A stretch of DNA of 64,000 bases from Somniosus microcephalus (taxonomy: Eukaryota), in the NCBI GenBank assembly GCA_052327205.1, contig JBMRGM010000038.1, positions 35,650,001 to 35,714,000 on the forward strand, given 5' to 3'. Below the pieces are notes generated by a model that worked only from the letters and a program-made list of their open reading frames with translations, was not told where the DNA came from and did not search any database. A program made the translations under genes and the position numbers. Of this stretch, positions 46,708 through 58,533 are shown piece after piece (position 1 is the first letter of the stretch; the number at the start of each line of letters is the position of its first letter).

Positions 46708-49557
46708 ATGGGGGATTTTGTAGTGAGGGGTTTGCTCCCAGTGCTGGTGTTAGTTGGAGCTGTTTGTTCCTCTGATATTTGGCAACAGTTTGGGGGCCAG
46801 AGGTTTCCATGGAGAAGAGTAAAAGCCACCCCTGGGCCTCAGCGAGTCCCTTCTCCTGGGTCTCCCTTTGGCTCCGGTTTCAGTGTGTCTGAGGGGCGCA
46901 GTGTGTCTCCACTGCAGACTGTGAGGGTGCAGTGTGGAGAGCACAACCTGCTGGTCAGGGTACAGATGGATTTATTTGGAACCAGGCACCTGATTAAAGC
47001 TGCTGACCTGACCCTGGGGACGGCAGGTTGTCCGTCAACCGGGATCTACTCTCAGAACCACACTGTCCTCTTTGACTATGGGCTCCATGAGTGTGGCAGC
47101 AGAGTGAAGGTAATGTGATTCCTCAACTCTTGCTCTAAGCTTGGTGTCTGGAATAGACCCAACTTGTTTTTCCTACCCTGATTCCTGTCTCCTGCTTTTA
47201 AAACCTCCAGACTTGTGTTGAATTATGTATTGTCCTTTGCTTTAACTGGTTTTCCTGAGTGTCTCCAACTTTGATCTCGGCCTTATTGGCCTTGATCCTT
47301 CACTTAGTTCTTAACTTTTCCTTCCTTACATCCTGTCTTGTGGATTTTCAGGTCACTGGGGGTTTAGTTATCTACAATATTGAGGTTTTTTTCTTCCACT
47401 CCTTTGTATCAGAATACAGGGGAGTCTGGCTTAAATGAGGCTTTAATCTTGTTCTATTCATTGCTCTAAATTATCAACCTGTGGCTCCTTTTATTGAAGT
47501 GAAGCTGTCCTTTCATTGAATCTTTATTCTGTTTAATTGTCTTGTGCTTGCAATCCCCCTCCTTGCTTTAGCTGCTGAGGCTGCACAACTTCCAACCACC
47601 TGAGTAGAATGTTGTCCATTTCTGAACCTGATGTCTTTCAGATGTCTGGAGATTTCCTGGTCTACGCCACCCACCTGAACCACACCCCCAAGGCCCATGG
47701 ATCTGTCATTGTGAGAACTAATGGAGCTGTCGTTCCCATTGAGTGCCACTATTTTAGGTAAGATTCTTTACACTGTCGCAAATAACGTCTACAGCTGGTG
47801 TAGTTCTCTGACCTTGTCCTAAAATGGCTCCGTTGTCTTTCCAGGAAGGGCAATGTGAGCAGTAACCCGATCAAGCCCACCTGGATCCCGTTCAGCTCGA
47901 CCAAGTCTGGAGAGGGGCTTCTGTCATTCTCTCTGCGCCTAATGAACGGTATGTGATGGGTGGATGTGGAATGATTTCCTGTAGTCACCCATTGGCAGTT
48001 GTACCCAGTCTCCAACCCTTGTCCCTCTTGTACTTCAGATGACTGGCTCACAGAGCGCACCTCGACTGTCTACTACCTGGGTGACCTCATTCACATTGAG
48101 GCCTCTGTTTCAATGACCAACCACATGCCCCTGAAGCTCTACATTGATCGCTGTGTCGCTACGTTAAGCCCAGACACGGACTCCACCCCGCGATACAGCA
48201 TCATTGACTACAATGGGTAAGGAGCACTCTGCTTTCTCCAGCTAGTCCTGTCTCAATGGCTTCTCTTGATTCACTCCATGTCCCTTTTTAAAAAAATTAT
48301 TTCTTCAGTTGCCTCCTGGACAGCAAAGCTGAGGACTCCTTCTCAACCTTCGTGTTGCCAAGAGACGGGCGTGAGCTGGACAAGCTCCACTTTGACCTGG
48401 ATGCGTTCCGCTTCTTTGGAGATGACCGTTCCTTGGTAAGAGGAAGCCGACCATTGCAAAGTATTTACAGCCAATCTGCATAACTGGGTTGTGCTCCACA
48501 TGAGTGTCCTCCCACCCCTCTTCATCTAACTCTCCAACATATCCTTCTATTCCTTTCTCCCACCTGTGTTTATCTAGCTTCCCCTTAAATGAATCTACAC
48601 TATTCGCCTCAACCACTCCCTGTGGTAGCGAGTTCCACATTCTCACCACTCTCTGGGTAAAGAAGTTTCCCCTGAAATCCCTCTGCTGTATATCCTGTGA
48701 TCCTATGAATCACGAACATTAACCACTTTTCTCTGTTTCTGGCCAGCTTGCTATCCATTCTGCTACTTGTCCCCTGAATCCACCTGTTCATTGAGTTCCC
48801 AAGTTGGGAGGGAGTCACTATATAATGACTTGTGTTGACTGTGTCCCTCAGATTTTCATCTCCTGTCACCTGAAGGTTGCTGCAGTGGATCGGAGAGATT
48901 CCATGAGCAAAGCTTGTACTTTCCAGAAGATGCAGAATGTGTAAGTGCCCCCTCTCTCCCTCAGGGATGTGTTGTGTGGGGAAGTGATGCCCAACCTGAT
49001 TGTGAAACTGATTCTCTTGTTTAGCTGGGCTCCATTGGAAGTATCCAACAATGACGTTTGTGCCTGTTGTCACTTGGGCAACTGCAGTGCCACAAGGGAG
49101 TTTGGATTTGATTCCAGAGGAAGGAGGGATCTTGTACCTGAAGCTGGTAGGACATTGATTCTCTAGATGTTGGAGGTTGCCCTTTACCCTCTCTCTAACT
49201 GGAATGTTTGATATTGCAGGGAGTGATGCTGAATTGAAGTGGGAGGGTGAGGCCTCCCTTGGACCCCTGGTCATTCTGGACACTGATGTGACAGACCTGG
49301 CAACTGAGTCCCTTAATGAGGTTGAGCAACGGATGGCGGAGAGGTCTCCAGGTGGTGAGTTGGCCGACTGCTAGTTTCCATTTCCCTCTCAGTATTTCCT
49401 TCACTCACTGTTGGTTTCTCATTGCTGTTTAGGTGTGGAGTCTGAGGTGGTCCTGATGGTGGCCCTGACTGTGACTGCTGTCTCTCTGATCTCTGCTTCT
49501 TTGATCGCCTTGTTCCTGTACAGGAAACACAAGCAAACCCTGCGCAACAACTTGTGA
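46708..49557 (+). CDS. zp3: ZP3 copy C, 9 exons, 465 aa, intact
   Basis: Exons 46708-47109, 47642-47757, 47845-47948, 48039-48216, 48309-48435, 48852-48940, 49025-49146, 49220-49354, 49433-49557. Confidence 0.95.
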
Positions 49558-52305
49558 TTAATAAAGTGGTGAAATTAGCAAATCTGTCATGGTTATTGCT
49601 TACATTTGGTCATTGATTTAAGGCTGGGGATTTGCATTCTGAATATGGGAAGTTTTCCATATTTATTTACTTCCATTAATGATTCTCGACCCAGTGGCAT
49701 GCCTGCTGAGTGTATTTAATCTTTTCACCAGATATCGGGCTACTGGGGTATCTGCCCCATTTCACTAGTTTATTAACAGCAACTTGGAAGTGTTTGCCTG
49801 GAGCGAGTTATCTTGGCCTGCTGTTTGTCCCTTGTTAAGGAGGTTTGTGGGGCTCTTGTGGAGTGAGGTTCGTGGGACTGATTATTGAACCCCATGAAAT
49901 TGCAATGTTCCTGGAAATTTTAATGCTGGGATTAGTTTATTACTAGAAGTGGAGGTTGTTTAGTCCTCTATAACTGACTGGGATAATGAGTCTACATGGG
50001 GTAGATGTCCATATTCTAAAAATGATAGCGGCACTAGCGAGGGTGCAAAAAACATTTACTAGGATGATGCCAGAACTGAGATTTGGCTTATTAGGAAAGA
50101 TTGACCTGTTTGGGTTGCCTTCTCTAGGAAAGAGAAGGCTGAGGGTGTTTAAAATTATGACTGGGTTAGATAGAGATGTTTCCACTTGTGGGCAAGACCA
50201 GAACTCAGGGCCTGTAACTACAAGGTAGTAACTAACTAATGACTCCAATGGTGAATGCAGGAGAAACTTCTTTACCCAGAGAGTGGTGAGAATGTGGATC
50301 TCGCTATCACGGAGTGGTTGAGGCGAATGGTGTAGCTGCATTTAAGGGGGAGCTCTAAGCATGAGGGAGGAAGGATATGCTGTTTGGGTGAGATGAAGGG
50401 TGGGAGGAGGCTCGTGTGGAGCATGGACTAGTTGGACTGAATAGCCTGTTTCTGTGCTGTCGATGGCTTGTTAACCTGCAGGATTAGTCACCTGAGGAAT
50501 TGCATCTCTGAAGGCCCCTTAAATGGCTTTCGGTCTTGGCCGTGGCTCAGTGGACAGCGCTCTAGCCTGAGTCGGAAGGTCGTAGGTTCAAATCCCACTA
50601 TAGAAAGCTTGAGTACAAAAGCCAGGCTGACACTCCCAGTGCTGCACTGTCGGAGGTGCCATCTTTCGGATGAGAAGTTAAACCGAGGCCACTTCTGGCC
50701 CCTCGGGTGGATGTAAAAGATCCTGTGGCACTTTTTGGAAGAAGAGCAGGGGAGTTCTTCCCTCTGACCAATTGTTATCCATCAGCCAACATCATAAGAT
50801 GATCTGGCCATTATCACATTGCTGTTTGTAGGCTCTTGATGGGCTGCCATGTTTCTGACAACAGTGACTACATTTCAGAAGTAATTCATTGGTTATGAAG
50901 TGCATTTTTTAATTTGTTCATGGGATGTGGGTGTCACTGCCAAGACCTGCATTTATTGCCCATGCCTAGTTAGGCTTGAAGGTGGTGGTGGTGGTGGTGG
51001 TGAGCTGCTTTCTAGTCCAGCTGCAGTTGGGCAGGGAGTTGTAGGATTTTGACCCAGCGACTATATGAAGGGACGGCGATATATTTCCAAGTCAGGATGG
51101 TGTGTGTGTGTGACTTGGAGGGGAACTTGGAGGTGCTGGTGTTCCCATGCGCCTGCTGCCCTTGTCCTTCTAGCTGGTAGAGGTCATGGATTTGGGAGAT
51201 GCTGCCGAAGAAGCCTTGGTGAGTTGCTGCAGTGCATCTTGTAGATGGTACACACTGCAGCCACAGTGTGCCGGTGGTGGGGGGAGTGAATGTTTAAGTT
51301 GTTGGTGGGACATCCTGAACGTGGTATGGTGCTGTATAAATAAAAGATTGTTCTTTCTAAACATCTCTGACGTGAGTGTGGGACCTGCAATAAAAAATAA
51401 TTATGTCTAACCAACATACTAGGTCCCCAAGTGGGATTGAGTTGCCGTACTGGATCTCCAACATCAGGTGGGGCTAGAATCCACACAAACTTAACGAGCA
51501 CACTTTTGTATCTCTCGTGGCCGACCCTGGTCAGTGAATGCTGGCTGAAATCTGCAGTAGGACTGTTGTCAATACTTAACCACTTACATTTATGTCGCCC
51601 CTTCAACGTACTGAAATGTCCCAGAAGCGCTTTCAATTAAAATTTGACACCAAGCCACATAAGGAGATATTAGGGCAGATAACCAAAAGCTTGGTCAAAG
51701 AGGGAGGTATTAAGGAGCATGGAGCGCTGGAGAGGTTTAGGGAGGGAATTCCAGAGCTTGGGGCCCAGGCAGCTGAAGACAAGGCCACCAACGGTGGAGC
51801 GATTGAAATCTGGGATCCTCCAGAGGGCAGAATTGGAGAAGTGCAGATATCTCGGAGACGGGGGTGTTGTAGGGCTGGAGGCCTCAGGATGTCCCAAAGC
51901 GCTTTACAGCCAATGAAGTACTTTTGAAATGGAGTCACTGTCGTAATGTGGGAAACGCAGCAGCCAATTTGCAAGCTTCCAAAAACAGCAATGTGAAAAT
52001 GACCAGATAATCTGTATTTAGTGATGTTGATTGAGGGATAAATATTGTCCCCAGGACACTGGGGAGAACTCCTCCTGCTCTTCTTCCAATAGCAGCCGTA
52101 GGATCTTTTACATTCACCTAAGAGGGCAGATGGGACCTCGGTTTAACGTTTCACCCAAAAGATGGCACCTCTGACAGTGCAGCACTCCCTCAGCATTGCA
52201 CTGGGAGTGTCAGCCTGGATTATGGGCTCAAGTCTCTGGAGTGGGACTTGAACCCTCGACCTTCTGACTCAGAGGCAAGTGTGCTACCGGCTGACACCTT
52301 TAAGA

Positions 52306-55300
52306 GGGGAGGTTTGCTAGCACTGCTGGGGGGGGTTTAAACTAACTTGGCAGGGGGATGGGGTACAGAGTGGAGCTATAGTAGGGGGTGATTTACAGCC
52401 AAATACAGAGGGAAAAATAAGTCAGCTGGGAAGGCAAAGCAAATATGTGAAGGCAAAAGAGAATATGGCAGGGCTGGAAGGCATTTATTTTAATGCAAGG
52501 AGTCTTGCAAATAAGGTGGATGAACTGAAGTTGTTGTTGAACACATGGGAGTACGATATTGTTGCTATCACGGAGACATGGTTGAGGGAGGGTCAGGACT
52601 GGCAGCTCAATATTCCGGGGTATAGAATCTTCAGGCGAGACAGAGGGGGGTGTAAAAGGGGAGGGGGTGTTGCAATATTAATTAAGGAGTCAATTACTGC
52701 TGTAAGGAGGGATGATATATTAGCGGGTTCCTCTAATGAGGCCATATGGGTAGAACTTAAAAACAAAAAGGGGGCAAGCACTTTGCTGGGAGTGTACTAT
52801 AGGCCCCCAAACAGTCAGGGGGAGATAGAGGAACAGATATGTAGGCAAATCTCAGAAAAGTGTGAAAATAATAGGGTAATAATAGTGGGGGATTTCAACT
52901 TCCCCAATATAAATTGGGACAGTCAGAGTGTGAAAGGCTTAGAGGGTGCAGAATTCTTAAAGTGCATCCAGGAGAGCTTTTTGAGCCAACATGTAGAAAG
53001 TCCTACAAGAGAGGGGGCGGTACTGGACCTAATTCTGGGGAATGTAGCCGGGCAAGTGGTGGAAGTGTCAGTAGGAGAGCATTTTGGCGACAGTGACCAC
53101 AATTCGGTGAGATTTAAGGTGGTCATGGAAAAAGACAAAGACGGCCCGGAAATAAGGGTTCTAAATTGGGGGAAGGCCGATTTTAATATGATAAGGCAGG
53201 ATCTGGCCAAATTGGACTGGGAGCAGCTACTTATAGGAAAATCCGCATCAAAACAGTGGGAGACTTTCAGAAGGGAAATAGAGAGAGTACAACGCCAACA
53301 TGTTCCTGTAAAGGTCAAGGGTGGGACCAACAAGCAAAGGGAACCTTGGATGACAAGGGATATACAAAAATGTATTAGAAATAAAAGGGGGGCTTTTGGC
53401 AGTTACAAAAGACTAAAGACGGAAGAAGCCCTCGAGGAGTATAAAAAATGCAGGGGCATACTTAAAAAAGAAATTAGGAGGGCGAGGAGGGGCCATGAAA
53501 TAACACTGGCGAGCAAAATAAAGGAAAATCCTAAGATGTTTTATAAGTATATTAAGGGCAAGAGGATAACCAGGGAAAGGGTAGGGCCCATTAGGGACCA
53601 AAGTGGCAATCTGTGTGTAGAGCCAGATGATGTAGGCGGGGTTTTAAATGAATTTTTTGCATCTGTGTTCACTATGGAGAAAGACGATGCAGACATAGAA
53701 ATCGGGCAAGGGGGCTGTGACATACTTGAACATATTAGCATCGAGAGGGAGGAGGTGCTAGCGGTTTTAGCGGGCCAAAAAGTGGATAAATCCCCAGGCC
53801 CAGACGAGATGTATCCCAGGCTGCTGTGGGAGGCAAAGGAGGAGATTGCAGGGGCTCTGACACAAATTTTCAGAACCTCTCTGGCCACAGGGGATGTACC
53901 AGAGGACTGGAGAACAGCTAACGTAGTACCATTATTCAAGAAGGGTAGCAGGGATAAACCAGGGAATTACAGGCCAGTGAGCCTAACATCTGTGGTAGGG
54001 AAATTATTGGAAAAAATTCTGAGGGACAAAATTAGTCTCCACTTGGAGAGGCAAGGATTAATCGGGGATTGTCAGCATGGCTTTGTCAAGGGTAAATCAT
54101 GTCTGACAAATCTGATTGAATTTTTCGAGGGGGTGACTAGGGGGGTGGATGAGGGAAATGCTGTGGATGTGGTTTACATGGACTTCAGTAAAGCTTTTGA
54201 CAAAGTCCCGCATAGGAGACTGGTCAAGAAGGTAAGAGCCCATGGGATCCAGGGTGCCTTGGCGCGTTGGATCCTAAACTGGCTGAGTGGCAGGAGGCAG
54301 AGGGTGATGGTCGAAGGTTGCTTTTGTGACTGGAAGCCTGTGTCCAGTGGGGTACCTCAGGGATCGGTGCTGGGTCCCTTGTTGTTTGTGATCTACATAA
54401 ATGATTTGGATGAGAATGTAAAAGGTATGATCAGTAAGTTCGCAGATGACACGAAAATTGGTGGGGTGGTAAATTGTGAGGAGGAAAGCCTCAGGCTACA
54501 GGACGATATAAACGGGTTGGTCAGATGGGCGGAAAAGTGGCAAATGGAATTTAACCCTGAAAAGTGCGAGGTGATGCATTTTGGACGGACAAATAAGGCA
54601 AGGGAATACACAATGAGTGGTAGGACCCTAGGAAGTACAGAGGGTCAGAGGGACCTTGGTGTACATGTACATAGATCCCTGAAGGCAGCGGAACAGGTAG
54701 ATAAGGTGGTTAAAAAGGCATATGGGATACTTGCCTTCATTAGCCGAGGCATAGAATATAAGAGCAGGGAGGTTATGATGGAACTGTACAAAACGCTGGT
54801 GAGGCCACAGCTGGAGTACTGTGTGCAGTTCTGGTCGCCTCACTATAGGAAGGATGTGATTGCTTTGGAGAGGGTGCAGAGAAGATTCACCAGGATGTTA
54901 CCTGGGATGGAGCGCCTCAGCTATGAAGAGAGGCTGGACAGGCTGGGGTTGTTTTCCTTGGAGCAAAGAAGGCTGAGGGGGGACCTGATTGAGGTGTACA
55001 AAATGATGAGGGGCATAGATAGGGTAGACAAAGAGGAACTTTTCCCCTTAGTAGGGGGGTCAATAACAAGGGGGCATAGATTCAGGGTAAGGGGCAGGAG
55101 ATTTAGAGGGGATTTGAGGAGGAACTTTTTCACCCAGAGGGTGGTTGGAATGTGGAACTCAATGCCTGAAAGGGTGGTAGAGGCAGGAACCCTCACAACA
55201 TTCAAGAAGCATTTGGATGAGCACTTGAAATGCCATTGCATACAAGGCTATGGACCAAATGCTGGAAAATGGGATTAGACTGGACAGGGATGGATGGGCG

Positions 55301-55368
55301 GCGCAGACACGATGGGCCGAAGGGCCTCTTTCTGTGCTGTAAAATTCTATGACTCTATGACTCTATGA
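52306..55368 (+). mobile_element. Young 5'-truncated CR1 LINE (last codons of ORF1, complete ORF2, 3' UTR, (CTATGACT)n tail)
   Basis: Absent from the paralogous site in unit B (CTTTAAGATGATCTACT at ~39144); ATGA microhomology with the tail; no long TSD. Confidence 0.95.
52342..55278 (+). CDS. CR1 ORF2: APE endonuclease + reverse transcriptase, uninterrupted
   Basis: YFNARS, ITETWL, YRPP, GDFN, SDH; KSPGPD, NYRPVSLT, QHGF, DFSKAFD, GVPQGSVLGP, FADD. Frame is open from the ORF1 overlap at 52342; first ATG at 52465. Confidence 0.95.
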   Translation, partial: LTWQGDGVQSGAIVGGDLQPNTEGKISQLGRQSKYVKAKENMAGLEGIYFNARSLANKVDELKLLLNTWEYDIVAITETWLREGQDWQLNIPGYRIFRRDRGGCKRGGGVAILIKESITAVRRDDILAGSSNEAIWVELKNKKGASTLLGVYYRPPNSQGEIEEQICRQISEKCENNRVIIVGDFNFPNINWDSQSVKGLEGAEFLKCIQESFLSQHVESPTREGAVLDLILGNVAGQVVEVSVGEHFGDSDHNSVRFKVVMEKDKDGPEIRVLNWGKADFNMIRQDLAKLDWEQLLIGKSASKQWETFRREIERVQRQHVPVKVKGGTNKQREPWMTRDIQKCIRNKRGAFGSYKRLKTEEALEEYKKCRGILKKEIRRARRGHEITLASKIKENPKMFYKYIKGKRITRERVGPIRDQSGNLCVEPDDVGGVLNEFFASVFTMEKDDADIEIGQGGCDILEHISIEREEVLAVLAGQKVDKSPGPDEMYPRLLWEAKEEIAGALTQIFRTSLATGDVPEDWRTANVVPLFKKGSRDKPGNYRPVSLTSVVGKLLEKILRDKISLHLERQGLIGDCQHGFVKGKSCLTNLIEFFEGVTRGVDEGNAVDVVYMDFSKAFDKVPHRRLVKKVRAHGIQGALARWILNWLSGRRQRVMVEGCFCDWKPVSSGVPQGSVLGPLLFVIYINDLDENVKGMISKFADDTKIGGVVNCEEESLRLQDDINGLVRWAEKWQMEFNPEKCEVMHFGRTNKAREYTMSGRTLGSTEGQRDLGVHVHRSLKAAEQVDKVVKKAYGILAFISRGIEYKSREVMMELYKTLVRPQLEYCVQFWSPHYRKDVIALERVQRRFTRMLPGMERLSYEERLDRLGLFSLEQRRLRGDLIEVYKMMRGIDRVDKEELFPLVGGSITRGHRFRVRGRRFRGDLRRNFFTQRVVGMWNSMPERVVEAGTLTTFKKHLDEHLKCHCIQGYGPNAGKWD

Positions 55369-55932
55369 TCTACTGTTGGGGCAGGTTTCCGGTTTATTGA
55401 TAACATCTGCAATTATATGGTTCCTTACCACGTTAAAATGCCTCACAACACTTCAGGCAGTGCATTACATTTGAAGATCACAGACTCTTCTGCCTGCGAT
55501 GGGGGTAGAAACTTTTGAGCACGTGCGGTGGGAGCGGTTTTCTGTCGGACCGCCAATCAGATGAGTTTGTTGGCTCAGGTGTCTCTGAACCCCCGAGGTT
55601 TGCAGCGCAGCGGGAGGCCGTTCAGCCCATCAAATCAGTGCCAGCTCTCTCTCTCCGATGCAGCATTCCAAACCTGCCTCTCCGAGACTTCCAGTGCAGG
55701 GGTCGTAGTCATGTCCTCGACTCAGCGGCTGAGCGTTCCGGCTCACGATGGTCAGGCAGTTCCCACTTCAGCCCTGTCTTTTTTGTTGGCATTTCATCAC
55801 AAAGACTACGCAAAAAGTGTCAGGCAGATTGCTGGGAGGACTGTGCCAAGGCCCCATTGCCATGGGAACAAGTTGGCTTGGTTAGGCAGTGTGGGCCACA
55901 CCTGTCCAAAATGGTAAATCAGCCGTCACTGT

Positions 55933-57005
55933 CCAAAACTAATCCCACTGATCTACTCTCTTCCCATAGCCCTGTATCAATGCCAAACTAACCCCACTGC
56001 CCCGCTCTCTCTCCATAGCCCTGTATCAATCCCAAACTAATCCCACTGGCCCGCTCTACCCGAATAGCCCTGTATCAATCTCCAAACTAATCCCACTGCC
56101 CCGCTCTCTCCCCATAGCCCTGTATCAATCCCAAACTAACCTGACTGCCCCACATGGTCCCCATAGCCCTGTATCAATCCCAAACTAATCCCACTGCCCC
56201 GCTCTCTCTCCACAGCCCTGTATCAATCCCAAACTAATTCCACTGCCCCACTCTCTCCCCATAGCCCTGTATCAATCCCAAACTAATTCCACTGCCCCAC
56301 TCTCTCCCCATAGCCCTGTATCAATCCCAAACCAATTCCACTGCCCCACTCTCTCCCCAAAGCCCTGGATCAATCCCAAACTAATCCCACTGCCCCGCTC
56401 TCTCCCCATAGCCCTGTATCAATCCCAAACTAATCCCACTGCCCCGCTCTCTCCCCATAGCCCTGTATCAATCCCAAACTAACCTGACTGCCCCACATGG
56501 TCCCCATAGCCCTGTATCAATCCCAAATTAACCCCACTGCCCCGCTCTCTCTCCATAGCCCTGTATCAATCCCAAACTAATCCCACTGGCCCGCTCTACC
56601 CGAATAGCCCTGTATCAATCTCCAAACTAATCCCACTGCCCCGCTCTCTCCCCATAGCCCTGTATCAATCCCAAACTAACCTGACTGCCCCACATGGTCC
56701 CCATAGCCCTGTATCAATCCCAAACTAATTCCACTGCCCCACTCTCTCCCCATAGCCCTGTATCAATCCCAAACTAATTCCACTGCCCCACTCTCTCCCC
56801 ATAGCCCTGTATCAATCCCAAACTAATTCCACTGCCCCACTCTCTCCCCATAGCCCTGTATCAATCCCAAACTAATTCCACTGCCCCACTCTCTCCCCAA
56901 AGCCCTGGATCAATCCCAAACTAATCCCACTGCCCCGCTCTCTCCCCATAGCCCTGTATCAATCCCAAACTAATCCCACTGCCCCGCTCTCTCCCCATAG
57001 CCCTG
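55933..57005. repeat. 49-bp minisatellite, ~22 units, with a 540-bp higher-order duplication; ends at the ERV copy 2 LTR
   Basis: Variant units recur at 540-bp spacing (56042/56582; 56141/56681; 56359/56899). Confidence 0.9.
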
Positions 57006-58530
57006 TGTAAGATTCGCAATTTTCAGCAAAAATCACGCAAGAAAACTGGATAAAATAAGACTGTTTATTGACCAAAGTAAGCTTGCACAGAAAAACCTTT
57101 GATAAAAGGGCATACAAAATGGCCGCCAGGCCCCGTGATCAGTTTATGAACCATTTTATTTCTGTTACTGCAAGCCAGACAGGCTTGTGGATTGAAGACA
57201 GTGAGCCCACGAAAGCCAGTCTCTGGGAACCGAAACTCAGAGCAACAGCATACATATTCAATGGATTATAAGTACAGGATGGGGCCCATCAAGATATGGG
57301 CGGACAATGTAAAAACACTTATACCCATTTATCGTACAAAGGAAAAACCGTTTAGCAGCCATCAAGGAAAATGTCCGGACCGATCAATATGCGAACCGAG
57401 CCACGGTGACAATGCAAAAGACATTGAAAGACATTATCGGCCAGGAAGGCCAGTTTAAGTTATCACCGGCTCCGTTACAAGACAAAGCGCCCCTGCAGAG
57501 ATTTCTGCCCGCCAAAATTAATACAAAGACAGGACTATGATTTGGCGGGAGATAAGACTGTCCCAAAAGAGTATAACTATGGATTGAAAGTCCATCTAAG
57601 TTACTTCGGACTTCGGGTTACTTGAACAACTTCTTCGACTTCAGGCTTCCATTTCTTCAAGAACTTTCTTCTACGAGGAACGAACGAAGGGCGGACGGTG
57701 CCCGGATCGGCGCCTCTTCCACTTCGGCAGATCGATGAAAACGTTTTCGTCTTTTTAAAGACGGACGGTTTCGGAAAAAGGACAACGTGGTCGGTGTTCA
57801 GCCAAACAAGGCTCGGCCACGACGAGAAGACGACGAGGGTGGCCCGGGTACTGGGGTCGGGAGATCATCGACGACCCAGGCCGACGGAGAAGAAACCCTC
57901 TGGAGGACTGGCGATCTAGGCCACAAGATTCTCCCATGTGCATAACCTGCATCTAGGTCTGCTCCATGAACAAAAACCCACGATTGTGGATCTCAACCTT
58001 AACGAGCGCTCATCGAGGCTGGGTCTACCCCACCGCCTCGAGGGAGGAGAGAATATCGACTGCGCCAGAAGTTTCCAAATCCACGTGACGACGGAAAGCG
58101 GTGCCAAAAAGGCTGCGAACCCCCCTTTCTCGCGATTTCGAGAGTGGTGAGCATGATCCCAAGTTCCCCAGGTCGAAACTTAGTTTAGGTATAGGGGAGG
58201 GAGTTAAGGGAAATCGTAATGTGTTTCCCCTTTTTCGATGTGCCGTGTGTTCCCCATTTCCATAGAGTCAAGTTCATAAATTTGTGCATGATTGTAGTAA
58301 CTTTAATCTGTGCCTATGACATGTATTTTGTAATGCTTCAAACTGTTTAAAAATAAAAGCATCCATTTCGTGCTATTCAACCTGGTCTATTGAGTTCTTT
58401 CTCTGCACTACTGTTCTCTGCACCTAAGTCCAAGGTCTAGAACCGTAGGGGGAGTGGGTCGAACCACTCAAGGGTAATTATTGCACGAAGCCTGGCAGGA
58501 GACCAGAAAGAGCAAGAGAAGCCCCCTACA
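57006..58530 (+). repeat. 5' LTR of ERV copy 2 (1525 bp)
   Basis: TGTAAG...CCCCCTACA; YY1-like CAAAATGGCCGCC at 57115; AATAAAA at ~58352. Confidence 0.92.
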
Positions 58531-58533
58531 GAA

